Shown here: positions 30,305 to 38,506 of the stretch, one piece after another
Layout of the letters: every line of letters begins with the position of its first letter
How positions within the stretch are numbered: the stretch's first letter is position 1
Virus record (IMG/VR): IMGVR_UViG_3300041411_000178
Span: 124,001 to 188,000 of that record
Direction: 5' to 3' (one strand)
Length of the DNA stretch: 64,000 nt
The notes under the pieces: model-generated
Seen by the model: the letters and a program-made list of their open reading frames with translations, nothing else
Databases searched by the model: none
What the model was told of the DNA's origin: nothing
Translations under genes and position numbers: made by a program

Positions 30305-30523
30305 ATGCAGTCACTAACGTCTATTTACAAGATTGAGCCCGGGACTGTACTGCCGGTGTTTCTGCTAAAGATTCTTCGATCTTCCAGGGTTGAGCCAGCA
30401 TTTATGGCAGCAAAGGTAATTGGACTGGGTACTGAGCGCGATGCGATCGAAAGGATCCATCACCGCATGCAGCGAAACCATATCCAGAGTGTTCAGGTCT
30501 ATCGATTCATGGTGGTCAAATGA
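30305..30523 (+). CDS. Hypothetical protein
   Basis: 72-aa ORF tiling in the operon. Confidence 0.5.
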   Translation: MQSLTSIYKIEPGTVLPVFLLKILRSSRVEPAFMAAKVIGLGTERDAIERIHHRMQRNHIQSVQVYRFMVVK

Positions 30524-30747
30524 GCAACGAATGTTACATCTGCAAGAAAATGCTGGACGATGATGAGGGTGAGGAGTTCTTCCCTTATGAACTTCCCCAC
30601 CTACCGAACGAGAACCTGATGGTGTGTTCGGTCTGTGAAGATTCTGACGAGCACAAAAGTAACTTGGATTCTGATCGTTGCAATCGAGCGGCAGAAGAAA
30701 GCTACCAGGAATGGTGTGCTGACAACAACAACGATGACGATGACTAA
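30520..30747 (+). CDS. Small Cys-rich acidic protein
   Basis: CYIC..CSVC putative Zn finger, acidic tail, ATGA overlap. Confidence 0.6.
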   Translation: MSNECYICKKMLDDDEGEEFFPYELPHLPNENLMVCSVCEDSDEHKSNLDSDRCNRAAEESYQEWCADNNNDDDD

Positions 30748-30773
30748 CACAACTTATTAGGGGAATCGGGGCA

Positions 30774-31697
30774 ATGGAATCTAAGGGCATGGAGAACAAA
30801 CCAGTCTTGTGTATTTACCACAAAGACTGTCTGGACGGTATTGGCGCTGCATGGGTGGTGTGGCGCCACTTCAATAACCTCGGTATTGACATCGAGTTGG
30901 TGGCCGCCGCCTACAACGACAAGATGCCAGACGTTACCGGGAAGATGGTTTACGTGGTGGATTTCAGTTATTCACGTGAGCTCATGGTGTCGATGCTGGA
31001 GCGTGCGCATGATGTGGTGGTACTGGATCACCACACCTCTGCGAAGAAAAACCTCGAAGGTCTCTTTGTTGTAGACGAGAGTCACTCGGGGGCAATGCTG
31101 GCGTGGAAGTATTTCAACAGTGATATTCCACCACCAGAAGGTTTGCTGTATGTTGAAGACCGCGATCTGTGGCAGTTCAAATACCCGAACACCAATTACT
31201 GGGTAACCGCGGCTTTCTCCTATCCGTTCAACGTGCAGCAGTTCGATGCACTGATGAACTCCGATCCACTGGACCTCATCGCTGAAGGTCGTATCCTGTT
31301 GCGTAAGCATGAACAGGACACCACTCGCGTCTCGATGAATGCCCGCATGATGAAGTGCCTGGGCTACGACGTTCCTGTGGTCAACGCCAACATCTTCTTT
31401 GCGTCTGACCTGGGTGACATGCTCTCCAAGGACTATCCGTTCGCACTGGTGTACATGGACCTACCTAAAGGCCGCAAGTATTCCATTCGCTGCCAGAAAG
31501 GCCGTATGGACGTTTCCAAGATCGCTGAGTACTTCGGTGGTGGCGGTCATGCCGATGCGTCGGGTTTCACGATCCGTTACGACGACAAGCGTTTCAAGCG
31601 TTGCCATGAAGTACTCGACTATTCACTACGTGACAAGGTCATGGCTTTCGCAATGCATCCGGTCATGGCTCTGAAGATGCTGCTAGGGAAGAAGTAA
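30774..31697 (+). CDS. DHH/DHHA1-family phosphoesterase
   Basis: YHKDCLDG, VVDFS, LDHH, DRDLWQF, SIR and FGGGGHADASGF motifs. Confidence 0.9.
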   Translation: MESKGMENKPVLCIYHKDCLDGIGAAWVVWRHFNNLGIDIELVAAAYNDKMPDVTGKMVYVVDFSYSRELMVSMLERAHDVVVLDHHTSAKKNLEGLFVVDESHSGAMLAWKYFNSDIPPPEGLLYVEDRDLWQFKYPNTNYWVTAAFSYPFNVQQFDALMNSDPLDLIAEGRILLRKHEQDTTRVSMNARMMKCLGYDVPVVNANIFFASDLGDMLSKDYPFALVYMDLPKGRKYSIRCQKGRMDVSKIAEYFGGGGHADASGFTIRYDDKRFKRCHEVLDYSLRDKVMAFAMHPVMALKMLLGKK

Positions 31698-31991
31698 ATG
31701 AAAAACAAGGCCGTTAAGTTCTTTCGCCATGCAAACGTGTGGCGTTATAAAGAGATCGGCAAAGACGTTGCGGATAAGGTAGATACACATGCCCTGGAAA
31801 ACATCCTGGGGGTCATGGGTGGTCCGCTGGTATATGTCTGCCGAGAAACCGGTAAGCCAGAACTTACCAAACTGCGCATTGAGTTGCGTAACGGGTTTAT
31901 CATCCGGGCTTCCGAAGCCGAGAGTGATGACGTTCCTTTTGCAGAAGGCACTGAGGTGGAAGAGTTCTTTATCCGCCCTTTGATGAATTAA
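31698..31991 (+). CDS. Hypothetical protein
   Basis: 97-aa ORF abutting the upstream stop. Confidence 0.6.
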   Translation: MKNKAVKFFRHANVWRYKEIGKDVADKVDTHALENILGVMGGPLVYVCRETGKPELTKLRIELRNGFIIRASEAESDDVPFAEGTEVEEFFIRPLMN

Positions 31992-31994
31992 GAG

Positions 31995-32171
31995 ATGACA
32001 CTCATGGAAAGCGAATTCCTGTTCCACGTATACGCTGACGGTTATGGCTTCGGTACACCGTTTCATCCTGAACAGTATCTCATTCAGGAGCAAGCCTGCC
32101 ATCGTTTGAGGGCGCGCATTAAATCGGGTAATACCCTGGTGCGTGTGGAAGTCAAACGCAAGCAGGACTAA
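31995..32171 (+). CDS. Hypothetical protein (58 aa, not in ORF track)
   Basis: MTLMESEFLFHVYADGYGFGTPFHPEQYL..; fills the operon gap exactly. Confidence 0.5.
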   Translation: MTLMESEFLFHVYADGYGFGTPFHPEQYLIQEQACHRLRARIKSGNTLVRVEVKRKQD

Positions 32172-32176
32172 CCGCG

Positions 32177-32626
32177 ATGGAATTGGACTACAGTTATGTC
32201 AGCGTGCAGCTCAAACAAGAGTTTCAGGCTGAGATCATTTCGAAGTTGATTCTGGCAGGTATTGCACCAGAGTCGAAACACGAACTGCATTGCACCATGG
32301 TTTATGATGAGCGGGATATCGCCGCTCCGTTGTGTAACTTGGTCCCAGCGTCTCAGGAATTCAGGGCGAACATTATTTCTCTGGATACCTTGGGCGATGG
32401 TCTGGTGTTCCACTTTACCAGTACCGACATGCTGGAAGAGTTCCGGCGTTTGAAGGAAGGCGGTTACGTCCACTCCTTTGGAACGCCGTTGTTCCACATG
32501 TCGTTGAAGTATGACTTCGACAAGTATGAAGTCCTGGCTCTGAACAATCTGTTCGGTGATTGGGGTGGACGTACGTTGGTCTTCCATAACGAGCAGTTCG
32601 GCGTTAAGAAACCCAAGAAGAAATGA
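32177..32626 (+). CDS. acb1: 2H phosphoesterase, Acb1-like (anti-CBASS nuclease homologue)
   Basis: Two 2H motifs, LHCTMVY and FHMSLKY. Size (149 aa) and layout (YVSV..H-x-T..LV..S..H.F..H-x-S/T-L-x-Y) match T4 Acb1/gp57B. Confidence 0.8.
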   Translation: MELDYSYVSVQLKQEFQAEIISKLILAGIAPESKHELHCTMVYDERDIAAPLCNLVPASQEFRANIISLDTLGDGLVFHFTSTDMLEEFRRLKEGGYVHSFGTPLFHMSLKYDFDKYEVLALNNLFGDWGGRTLVFHNEQFGVKKPKKK

Positions 32627-32633
32627 TCGGGTA

Positions 32634-32685
32634 CTACTCCTACTCCCTTTGCGGGGAGTAGGAGTAGGTTACCTTTATTTTTTTG
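32634..32685 (+). terminator. Intrinsic terminator
   Basis: CTACTCCTACTCCC-tttgcg-GGGAGTAGGAGTAG plus T tract. Confidence 0.8.
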
Positions 32686-32704
32686 CATTTTGAGTTACAG
32701 TCGA

Positions 32705-32721
32705 TTTCAGGCCTACATCAT
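32705..32721 (+). promoter_or_regulatory. Phage early-type promoter motif (copy 2)
   Basis: TTTCAGGCCTACATCAT, one mismatch in the core. Confidence 0.5.
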
Positions 32722-32761
32722 TCGTGTGTATAAACAACATACTTCTTTTAGGAGATTCCTT

Positions 32762-32902
32762 ATGAAAGCTACAATCGTGCTGGTGGGCCTCTTCAGTGTT
32801 ATTGCGTCCTGCTGTATGGTTGTTGCGCATATGGAACCTTCTGATGGAGGTAACAGTGCCCAATACATTAGCCGGGGCATTTTGAACGCCACGAAACACT
32901 AA
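32762..32902 (+). CDS. Small secreted/membrane peptide (46 aa)
   Basis: AGGAG RBS; MKATIVLVGLFSVIASCCMVVA hydrophobic leader. Confidence 0.55.
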   Translation: MKATIVLVGLFSVIASCCMVVAHMEPSDGGNSAQYISRGILNATKH

Positions 32903-32926
32903 CACAAGAATTTAAGATACAGATGT

Positions 32927-32943
32927 TTTTGCGTCTATATTAC
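32927..32943 (+). promoter_or_regulatory. Phage early-type promoter motif (copy 3)
   Basis: TTTTGCGTCTATATTAC. Confidence 0.7.
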
Positions 32944-33016
32944 TTGTGTGATTAATTCAATAAAGATTATTCGCTATGACGATTAATCTAACCTCACTTG
33001 ATAGGAGAGTACCGCT

Positions 33017-34153
33017 ATGAACACCAAGAACGAACAAGTTGCTAACACCGCTTCGATGATGGTGAGCGTTGTTACCAAACTTCGTACTGAAGGTGCGCCG
33101 GAACCCGTACAACTGGCCTATGCCAAAACGGTGATGCTGGATCAGGATCAAGTCGCTACTCGCGATCGGCAACCTGTACTGAACCTGGTGAACAACCAGC
33201 TCGGCACCAAATGGTCCTTCAACCAAATCAAGAAGGCCGGCGACTTCAACCCTGAGCCAGCCCCAGTCCGGGTAACCGAACTGAACGGCACCGCCCAGGT
33301 CAATGTTGCAGGCCAGCCGAATGAAGCAACCTTCGTAGAGAAGAATGCGAACTCGGCTGGCGACCACGCTCACGCTGAACCGGTCAGCCAGTCGACCACC
33401 ACTGCTCCTGACCACAACGGTCAAACCTCCTCCAACGCAAACGAAAAGGACACCAACAACATGAACACTCAAGCCAACAACGCTGCTGACATGAACAAAT
33501 CCGTACAGGGTTTCGAAGTCGCCATGATCGCCGTCGGCCGCACCACTCCAGAACAGCGCGCTGCTGCCTGGATCGCTTTCCTGGCTACCGCTCCGGAGCT
33601 GTCGGCCAAGTGGGATGCATTCCTCCTGGCTGCTGAACAGGGCAAGACCTTCGACGAGAACTTCGTGGTCTTCAGCGAAGGCCTGGGTGAAGAAGAAGGC
33701 GGTACTGCTATCCACGGCTTCATGCGCTGGTGTGCTGCCAACCAACCGAAAGACGACGGCCACTACGCTGACAAGTCCCGTTTCAGCCTGATGGGTGAAC
33801 GTGACGAAGGCATCCGCACCAGCTGGATTGCAGCCGGTAGCGCAGTGATCGGCGGCGGTATGGAAATGGTTGCTCGTGGCGGCCTGACCACTGGTTCGGC
33901 AATCGGCACTGTAGTCGGCGGCATCGGCGCGTTCTTCGCCGGTGAGCAAGTTGACGATCACGTCGAAAGCCAATTCGGTCGTTACGTGGTCGGTGGCATG
34001 ATCGGTCTGGCTCTGGGCGCCGGTGGTTCTGCTCTGGGTCGCAACCTGATGCCTGGCAGCAACCTGGTATCCCTGGGTGGCGGCGAGCAAACGCCTGTGG
34101 AAGTTCTGCCAGCTCCAGTGCATCACGTACCGGCCGGTATGTTCGGCATGTAA
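33017..34153 (+). CDS. Early protein with C-terminal glycine-zipper membrane domain
   Basis: AGGAG RBS, own promoter and terminator; GxxxG-rich hydrophobic C-terminal third. Confidence 0.8.
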   Translation: MNTKNEQVANTASMMVSVVTKLRTEGAPEPVQLAYAKTVMLDQDQVATRDRQPVLNLVNNQLGTKWSFNQIKKAGDFNPEPAPVRVTELNGTAQVNVAGQPNEATFVEKNANSAGDHAHAEPVSQSTTTAPDHNGQTSSNANEKDTNNMNTQANNAADMNKSVQGFEVAMIAVGRTTPEQRAAAWIAFLATAPELSAKWDAFLLAAEQGKTFDENFVVFSEGLGEEEGGTAIHGFMRWCAANQPKDDGHYADKSRFSLMGERDEGIRTSWIAAGSAVIGGGMEMVARGGLTTGSAIGTVVGGIGAFFAGEQVDDHVESQFGRYVVGGMIGLALGAGGSALGRNLMPGSNLVSLGGGEQTPVEVLPAPVHHVPAGMFGM

Positions 34154-34167
34154 TTCGGCCGTAGCTG

Positions 34168-34200
34168 TAAGGGGGATCTTCGGGTCCCCTTATTTCTTAT
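34168..34200 (+). terminator. Intrinsic terminator (UUCG loop)
   Basis: TAAGGGGGATC-TTCG-GGTCCCCTTA plus T tract. Confidence 0.7.
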
Positions 34201-34253
34201 CTGTATAAACCTTTTTGTATTACAACCTAACTAACCTATTTTGAGGGAACAAA

Positions 34254-34571
34254 ATGAAGAACAAGTTTCAAGTCCACGATAAAGTAATTGTGGCAAGCGA
34301 AGACAGTCCTAACGCCAACCGTCTGGTTGAGCTGGTAGCGTTTGTACAAGCTGGTAACACCGTGTTCCACTATGACAGCTACTTCACTGCCCGTGATGAA
34401 GCTGGTTGGATCGTGACTGCTCAAGACCTGATCCACAAGACTAACTTCCGTGGTGAAATCATCAGCGACTTCGCATTCGTGAAGGCGTCTGATATCCGCG
34501 AACTGGCTGATGAGGAGATGGTCTTTCTCCCAAAGCCTAAAGTGAACAACCGCTACATGGCCGCAGCTTAA
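34254..34571 (+). CDS. Hypothetical protein, paralogue of 35105-35431
   Basis: GAGGG RBS; shared V.L..FV.AG..GWIV...DL motif. Confidence 0.7.
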   Translation: MKNKFQVHDKVIVASEDSPNANRLVELVAFVQAGNTVFHYDSYFTARDEAGWIVTAQDLIHKTNFRGEIISDFAFVKASDIRELADEEMVFLPKPKVNNRYMAAA

Positions 34572-34628
34572 CATTGTTTTACTGCTGAGCCAATATTATC
34601 CCTTACCCGCAATAAAAGGATTTTACCC

Positions 34629-34772
34629 GTGGTCGGAAAACGTCGTCATGCCAATCCCCTCCCTGCTAGCATGTATTCCTCTAACGGGAGTGCAGACTAT
34701 CAACGCTACATCAAAGGGATTGCGCCGAAAGAAAGTCTATTGAAAGGGATCCTGAAATGGATCTGGGGATAG
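34629..34772 (+). CDS. Micro-protein (47 aa) with amphipathic C-terminal helix
   Basis: AAAGGA RBS, GTG start, ends SLLKGILKWIWG; not in the ORF track. Confidence 0.5.
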   Translation: MVGKRRHANPLPASMYSSNGSADYQRYIKGIAPKESLLKGILKWIWG

Positions 34773-34777
34773 CGGTA

Positions 34778-34807
34778 ACTACTTCCTAGGCATGCCTAGG
34801 AAGTAGT
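34778..34807. repeat. Perfect 30-bp palindrome (probable terminator/cruciform)
   Basis: ACTACTTCCTAGGCATGCCTAGGAAGTAGT, no spacer. Confidence 0.85.
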
Positions 34808-34830
34808 ACCGTTCACATTACTTTAATTTT

Positions 34831-34847
34831 TTACAAACCTACATTAT
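34831..34847 (+). promoter_or_regulatory. Phage early-type promoter motif (copy 4)
   Basis: TTACAAACCTACATTAT. Confidence 0.65.
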
Positions 34848-34858
34848 CAGGGTGATGT

Positions 34859-35095
34859 ATGACAAACGTATTGCCCTTTATCACCAAGAAAGAAAAAGAA
34901 AGAATTACCCGCGATTTGTTTCTCCTTGGCTATTTGCAGCGGTACGTCAAGGATCATGAAATTGTGAGCATGGCACGTATGCTGAAAGGCAACTATACGT
35001 TCAACTATACTCGCACAGCTGTAATGGTAACGTTCAGTGAAGAAAACCTACCGCTCGTCTACGACGAACTAAAACGTCGTAACCTGACTATCTAG
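34859..35095 (+). CDS. Hypothetical protein
   Basis: 78-aa ORF after the promoter motif. Confidence 0.6.
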   Translation: MTNVLPFITKKEKERITRDLFLLGYLQRYVKDHEIVSMARMLKGNYTFNYTRTAVMVTFSEENLPLVYDELKRRNLTI

Positions 35096-35104
35096 GAGAT
35101 ACAC

Positions 35105-35431
35105 ATGGATAAACAGAACCTGAAAGAAGGGGATCTTTGTCTGATTGTAAGTTGCGACCCCAATATTGAAATCAACAACATGGGGCGAGCTGTAACGCTT
35201 GAGAAGTTTGTTACTGCTGGATCACCGCATCCGTCGTACAACGGCAGACTGTACAGTACTATCGCTGAAGATGGGTGGATCGTAAGCGGTGACGATCTTT
35301 GGTGCTGGACGCTACAGAAAGGTTACTTCAAAAGCACAGAAACTGGTGTATATGCTCATCGCCTGAGAAAGATCGGCGATCAAGATGGCTTTAACGTTAA
35401 ATCAACTGAAAAGGAAAAAGAACATGCGTGA
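35105..35431 (+). CDS. Hypothetical protein, paralogue of 34254-34571
   Basis: AGGAG RBS; shared motifs. Confidence 0.7.
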   Translation: MDKQNLKEGDLCLIVSCDPNIEINNMGRAVTLEKFVTAGSPHPSYNGRLYSTIAEDGWIVSGDDLWCWTLQKGYFKSTETGVYAHRLRKIGDQDGFNVKSTEKEKEHA

Positions 35432-36113
35432 CTACAACGGCCGTAAAGATTTCGCGATGCTCTCTGACTATGACCTGTCTCAGCAATTGAACCAGTTGAT
35501 CGACTGGGCCAATCTGTCGGAGAATGCCAGACAGATGTTGGGAACGGTAAGCCGCCGTATGGAGTTCGCTGACCATATTGCTCCTTTGACCCCCTACACC
35601 GAAGGCAAGATCTGGTCCCACACTTTTGAAGTGGATCAGGACCGGCCTTTCATGCATTCGTTGGAAGGAGCGGTGGATGATCTGTTTCGCGACCGTGTTC
35701 GCAGAGACGCCACTGTTAGTAATTTCGTTAACCAGATCTGTCGTCTGGTGAATGGTAATAAGAACCTCGACTTCAGCCACAAAGGACCTTACTGCGTAAA
35801 CTATGGTATCCTTGTAGATTATGCGTTGGTTCAACACACCGAAGACTTCAGTGACTTCCGCGTGGTGTGCTTTAGCAAGGTAGACCACGGTCGAGCATCC
35901 GCGATCATGATCAACCGGGGTGATACTTATCCGTTCAGCATCCTCTTCGACGGTGAGCCTCGTAAGCTGACCCAGGACGACCTCCTCTTCTGGAAGTATA
36001 ACGACGTCTATCGTCAGGTCATTATCGATACCGTCCATAACACCATCACCAGCGAAGTGCACATGTACAGCGCTGGCAAAACTGTACAATACCTTCACGA
36101 AATCAAGGCGTAA
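35424..36113 (+). CDS. Hypothetical protein
   Basis: ATG 35424 after AAGGA. Confidence 0.65.
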   Translation: MRDYNGRKDFAMLSDYDLSQQLNQLIDWANLSENARQMLGTVSRRMEFADHIAPLTPYTEGKIWSHTFEVDQDRPFMHSLEGAVDDLFRDRVRRDATVSNFVNQICRLVNGNKNLDFSHKGPYCVNYGILVDYALVQHTEDFSDFRVVCFSKVDHGRASAIMINRGDTYPFSILFDGEPRKLTQDDLLFWKYNDVYRQVIIDTVHNTITSEVHMYSAGKTVQYLHEIKA

Positions 36114-36118
36114 CCAAC

Positions 36119-37264
36119 ATGATCAAATTGAACCTGCGTGAATTCCTCAATAACGACGGCAACAACATCAACCTCCACAGCATCCGGAATAGCCTTGTAG
36201 CAAAAGGCTATTCGCTTCTCGATCTGGTCGACGACATGGAGATCCTCGAGGCCACCCTCGGCGATGCGACCAATCCTGAATGCGGTATGCAGGCAATCGT
36301 GACCCGTCTGCGTGAAGGCTACGAGATCGATCTGATCTTCGGCCATCAGAAGGGTGTAGATCCATCGATCGAAGACACCGAGGCCTACACCAGCTGCTGG
36401 GCCAATAGTCGGTTCTACATTGCGTTTGCAGCGCCTCGGCAGAAACGACCCGACCAACAAGGGCTTACCGCGATCGATACCCTGCGTGCGGTTGTCGATG
36501 CCGAATTGGGTGAAGGCACACTGTTCAACATGCTGCCGTGGCTCAATCCAGAAAACGACCGGTTGGCAATCAGCAAGTGGGTCGATAACAAGGTTAAGTC
36601 CGAACTGGCCGAATGCAAGGTTCCTCGTAAAGACCTCAAAGATGTTGATCGTCTGGATGGTCATTATGCTGCCTGGCTGGATACCTTTGTTTCGCATCAC
36701 CTCGCCAACGTTCTTCCGCACCTTAAAGCGGATGCAATCACCGCGCGTATGTTGGAAGCAATCACGGGCGTTAGTCACCGCGTCCGTTGGTTGAGTGAGC
36801 GACTGACTGCCTACGAGCGAGTGTTTGGTTGTGAAGACCTCTCCTTGGAAGAACTCCAGGGTCGTAAACGTCATCCTGTTTCTGATGATGGCGTGGGTAA
36901 CCGCAGTAAGGCTCAGTTCGATGAGCCCGATGAACCATCGTTGTTTAAAGAAGGAGAAACCGAAGAACTCAACCCACTGTGGGTGCTGTACACCACCAAC
37001 TATCACCGTGGCCTCCTGACTCAGGAACAAGTGGTGAACGTCGGCAACAACCTGCTCAAGCAAATCCAGCAGTGCTCTCCTGAGCGTCTGCAAGAGATTG
37101 GCCCTCGCGGTATTCCCAATGTGCTCACCAAGTTCGGTCATGTGTCTATGGCCTGGGTAATGCACTTCAAGAATGCTCATCAACCAGATCTCAACTTCGG
37201 TCAAATTACCCGTCTGGGTCACACCGTAGCTGAACAAGTAAAGGCGTACAAACCTCGTGGATAA
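36119..37264 (+). CDS. Hypothetical protein (381 aa)
   Basis: Long co-oriented ORF with phage codon bias. Confidence 0.7.
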   Translation: MIKLNLREFLNNDGNNINLHSIRNSLVAKGYSLLDLVDDMEILEATLGDATNPECGMQAIVTRLREGYEIDLIFGHQKGVDPSIEDTEAYTSCWANSRFYIAFAAPRQKRPDQQGLTAIDTLRAVVDAELGEGTLFNMLPWLNPENDRLAISKWVDNKVKSELAECKVPRKDLKDVDRLDGHYAAWLDTFVSHHLANVLPHLKADAITARMLEAITGVSHRVRWLSERLTAYERVFGCEDLSLEELQGRKRHPVSDDGVGNRSKAQFDEPDEPSLFKEGETEELNPLWVLYTTNYHRGLLTQEQVVNVGNNLLKQIQQCSPERLQEIGPRGIPNVLTKFGHVSMAWVMHFKNAHQPDLNFGQITRLGHTVAEQVKAYKPRG

Positions 37265-38444
37265 AGTCAAGATCATCGATCTCAAAACATACTTCACCCA
37301 ACCGTCCCTGTATCCGTCGCAGAGCCGTAAGTTCTGGCAGGAAAACCAAGCGTCGATTCTCGAGTTCATTGGCAGTCTTGAGGACAAGGGCTCGTTCTTA
37401 AACATGCATGCCTTCATGGCCAGGGTTGACACCGCCATGTCCAACCCGCGTATACCTGGGTCGCGCGAGACTTACTTGATCCTGGGTAAGCCACTTGATA
37501 TCTCGGCTCATGATTACGGCGATGCCGAGCTTCAAAAACTGGTAACCGACGAAGTGCTCGCTTCTGTTGACCGGGAATTGTTGTTTGTGGTTGTAAGCGT
37601 TCCGAAGGCGGATGATAAGGCCCAAGGGAGCTACTACAGCGAGCATAGACGCGAATACTCTGATCCGTGGGGGCACGTTACTAACGACATGCTCGCGCAT
37701 CTCCTGAGTCATTTCTCGTTGACGCAGATCCATCCGTTCCAACCCCATGGGCAGCGTGTCCAGGTACCGTCTGGTCTTGAGCTGGTGGAACTGATCCAGT
37801 CGCGTCTTATGCCGCCGGACTATCGTGGCGGTCAGCCGTTTGCTGCATTCAACCAGTTCTTCGATCCACGCTTCAGTGGCGGGTTCCGTCCGTTCCCGCG
37901 GTGGTGTAATGGCGGTAATGCAGCCATGAACGGCATGAACATGATGTTCAATGAGATGAATGGGCCACAGGCCAGTAATGGTGCTTATGCACGGCATGCA
38001 TTCACTGGTGCTTGGACCTGGTATCCACACACTGGTGTTTATGCAAACATCATTCTGGATCACAAGGGGGACGACCAAAAACTCACGCTGCAAACTCTGC
38101 TCAATGAAATCTACAAATTTGTAGCCCGTTACGGCGTAGAGTATGAACCGCACATCACCCGCTTGGTTAAGGAGGTCTGTGTTACGTTCGAACATGACCC
38201 TAAAGCAATGGAACTCCTCAAAGGTTCCAGTGTTACGCTGTTTATCGGCGAGCGCGGTCATATTCAGCCGGTTGTGCGTGAGCGCACTGACAATGCATTC
38301 ACCAACTGGGCGTTGGCGGATGGAGCGTGGGTTCCAGGCAAGGAATACAAGCCGACCAAGGTAATCAACGTTATCGATGGTGTGGCCAAATACATTCCTG
38401 GCTACGGTAATGAAGGTTTCGGCGGTCGTCCAGGCTGCTGGTAA
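37257..38444 (+). CDS. Hypothetical protein (395 aa) with central low-complexity segment
   Basis: GTG start overlapping the upstream stop; G/N/M/F-rich middle. Confidence 0.7.
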   Translation: MDKVKIIDLKTYFTQPSLYPSQSRKFWQENQASILEFIGSLEDKGSFLNMHAFMARVDTAMSNPRIPGSRETYLILGKPLDISAHDYGDAELQKLVTDEVLASVDRELLFVVVSVPKADDKAQGSYYSEHRREYSDPWGHVTNDMLAHLLSHFSLTQIHPFQPHGQRVQVPSGLELVELIQSRLMPPDYRGGQPFAAFNQFFDPRFSGGFRPFPRWCNGGNAAMNGMNMMFNEMNGPQASNGAYARHAFTGAWTWYPHTGVYANIILDHKGDDQKLTLQTLLNEIYKFVARYGVEYEPHITRLVKEVCVTFEHDPKAMELLKGSSVTLFIGERGHIQPVVRERTDNAFTNWALADGAWVPGKEYKPTKVINVIDGVAKYIPGYGNEGFGGRPGCW

Positions 38445-38452
38445 CTAGTACA

Positions 38453-38490
38453 CGGGTTGTGGGGTAATTCCTGCAACCCGCTTTTTATTT
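38453..38490 (+). terminator. Intrinsic terminator
   Basis: CGGGTTGTGGG..CCTGCAACCCG plus TTTTTATTT. Confidence 0.75.
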
Positions 38491-38506
38491 ATTTAAGGAA
38501 GTAATC

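Noticed and set aside
32957-34126. 389-aa minus-strand ORF
   Set aside because: Shadow of the glycine-zipper gene; no promoter or RBS support.
36095-38261. 449-aa and 287-aa minus-strand ORFs
   Set aside because: Shadows of co-oriented plus-strand genes that tile with normal overlaps.
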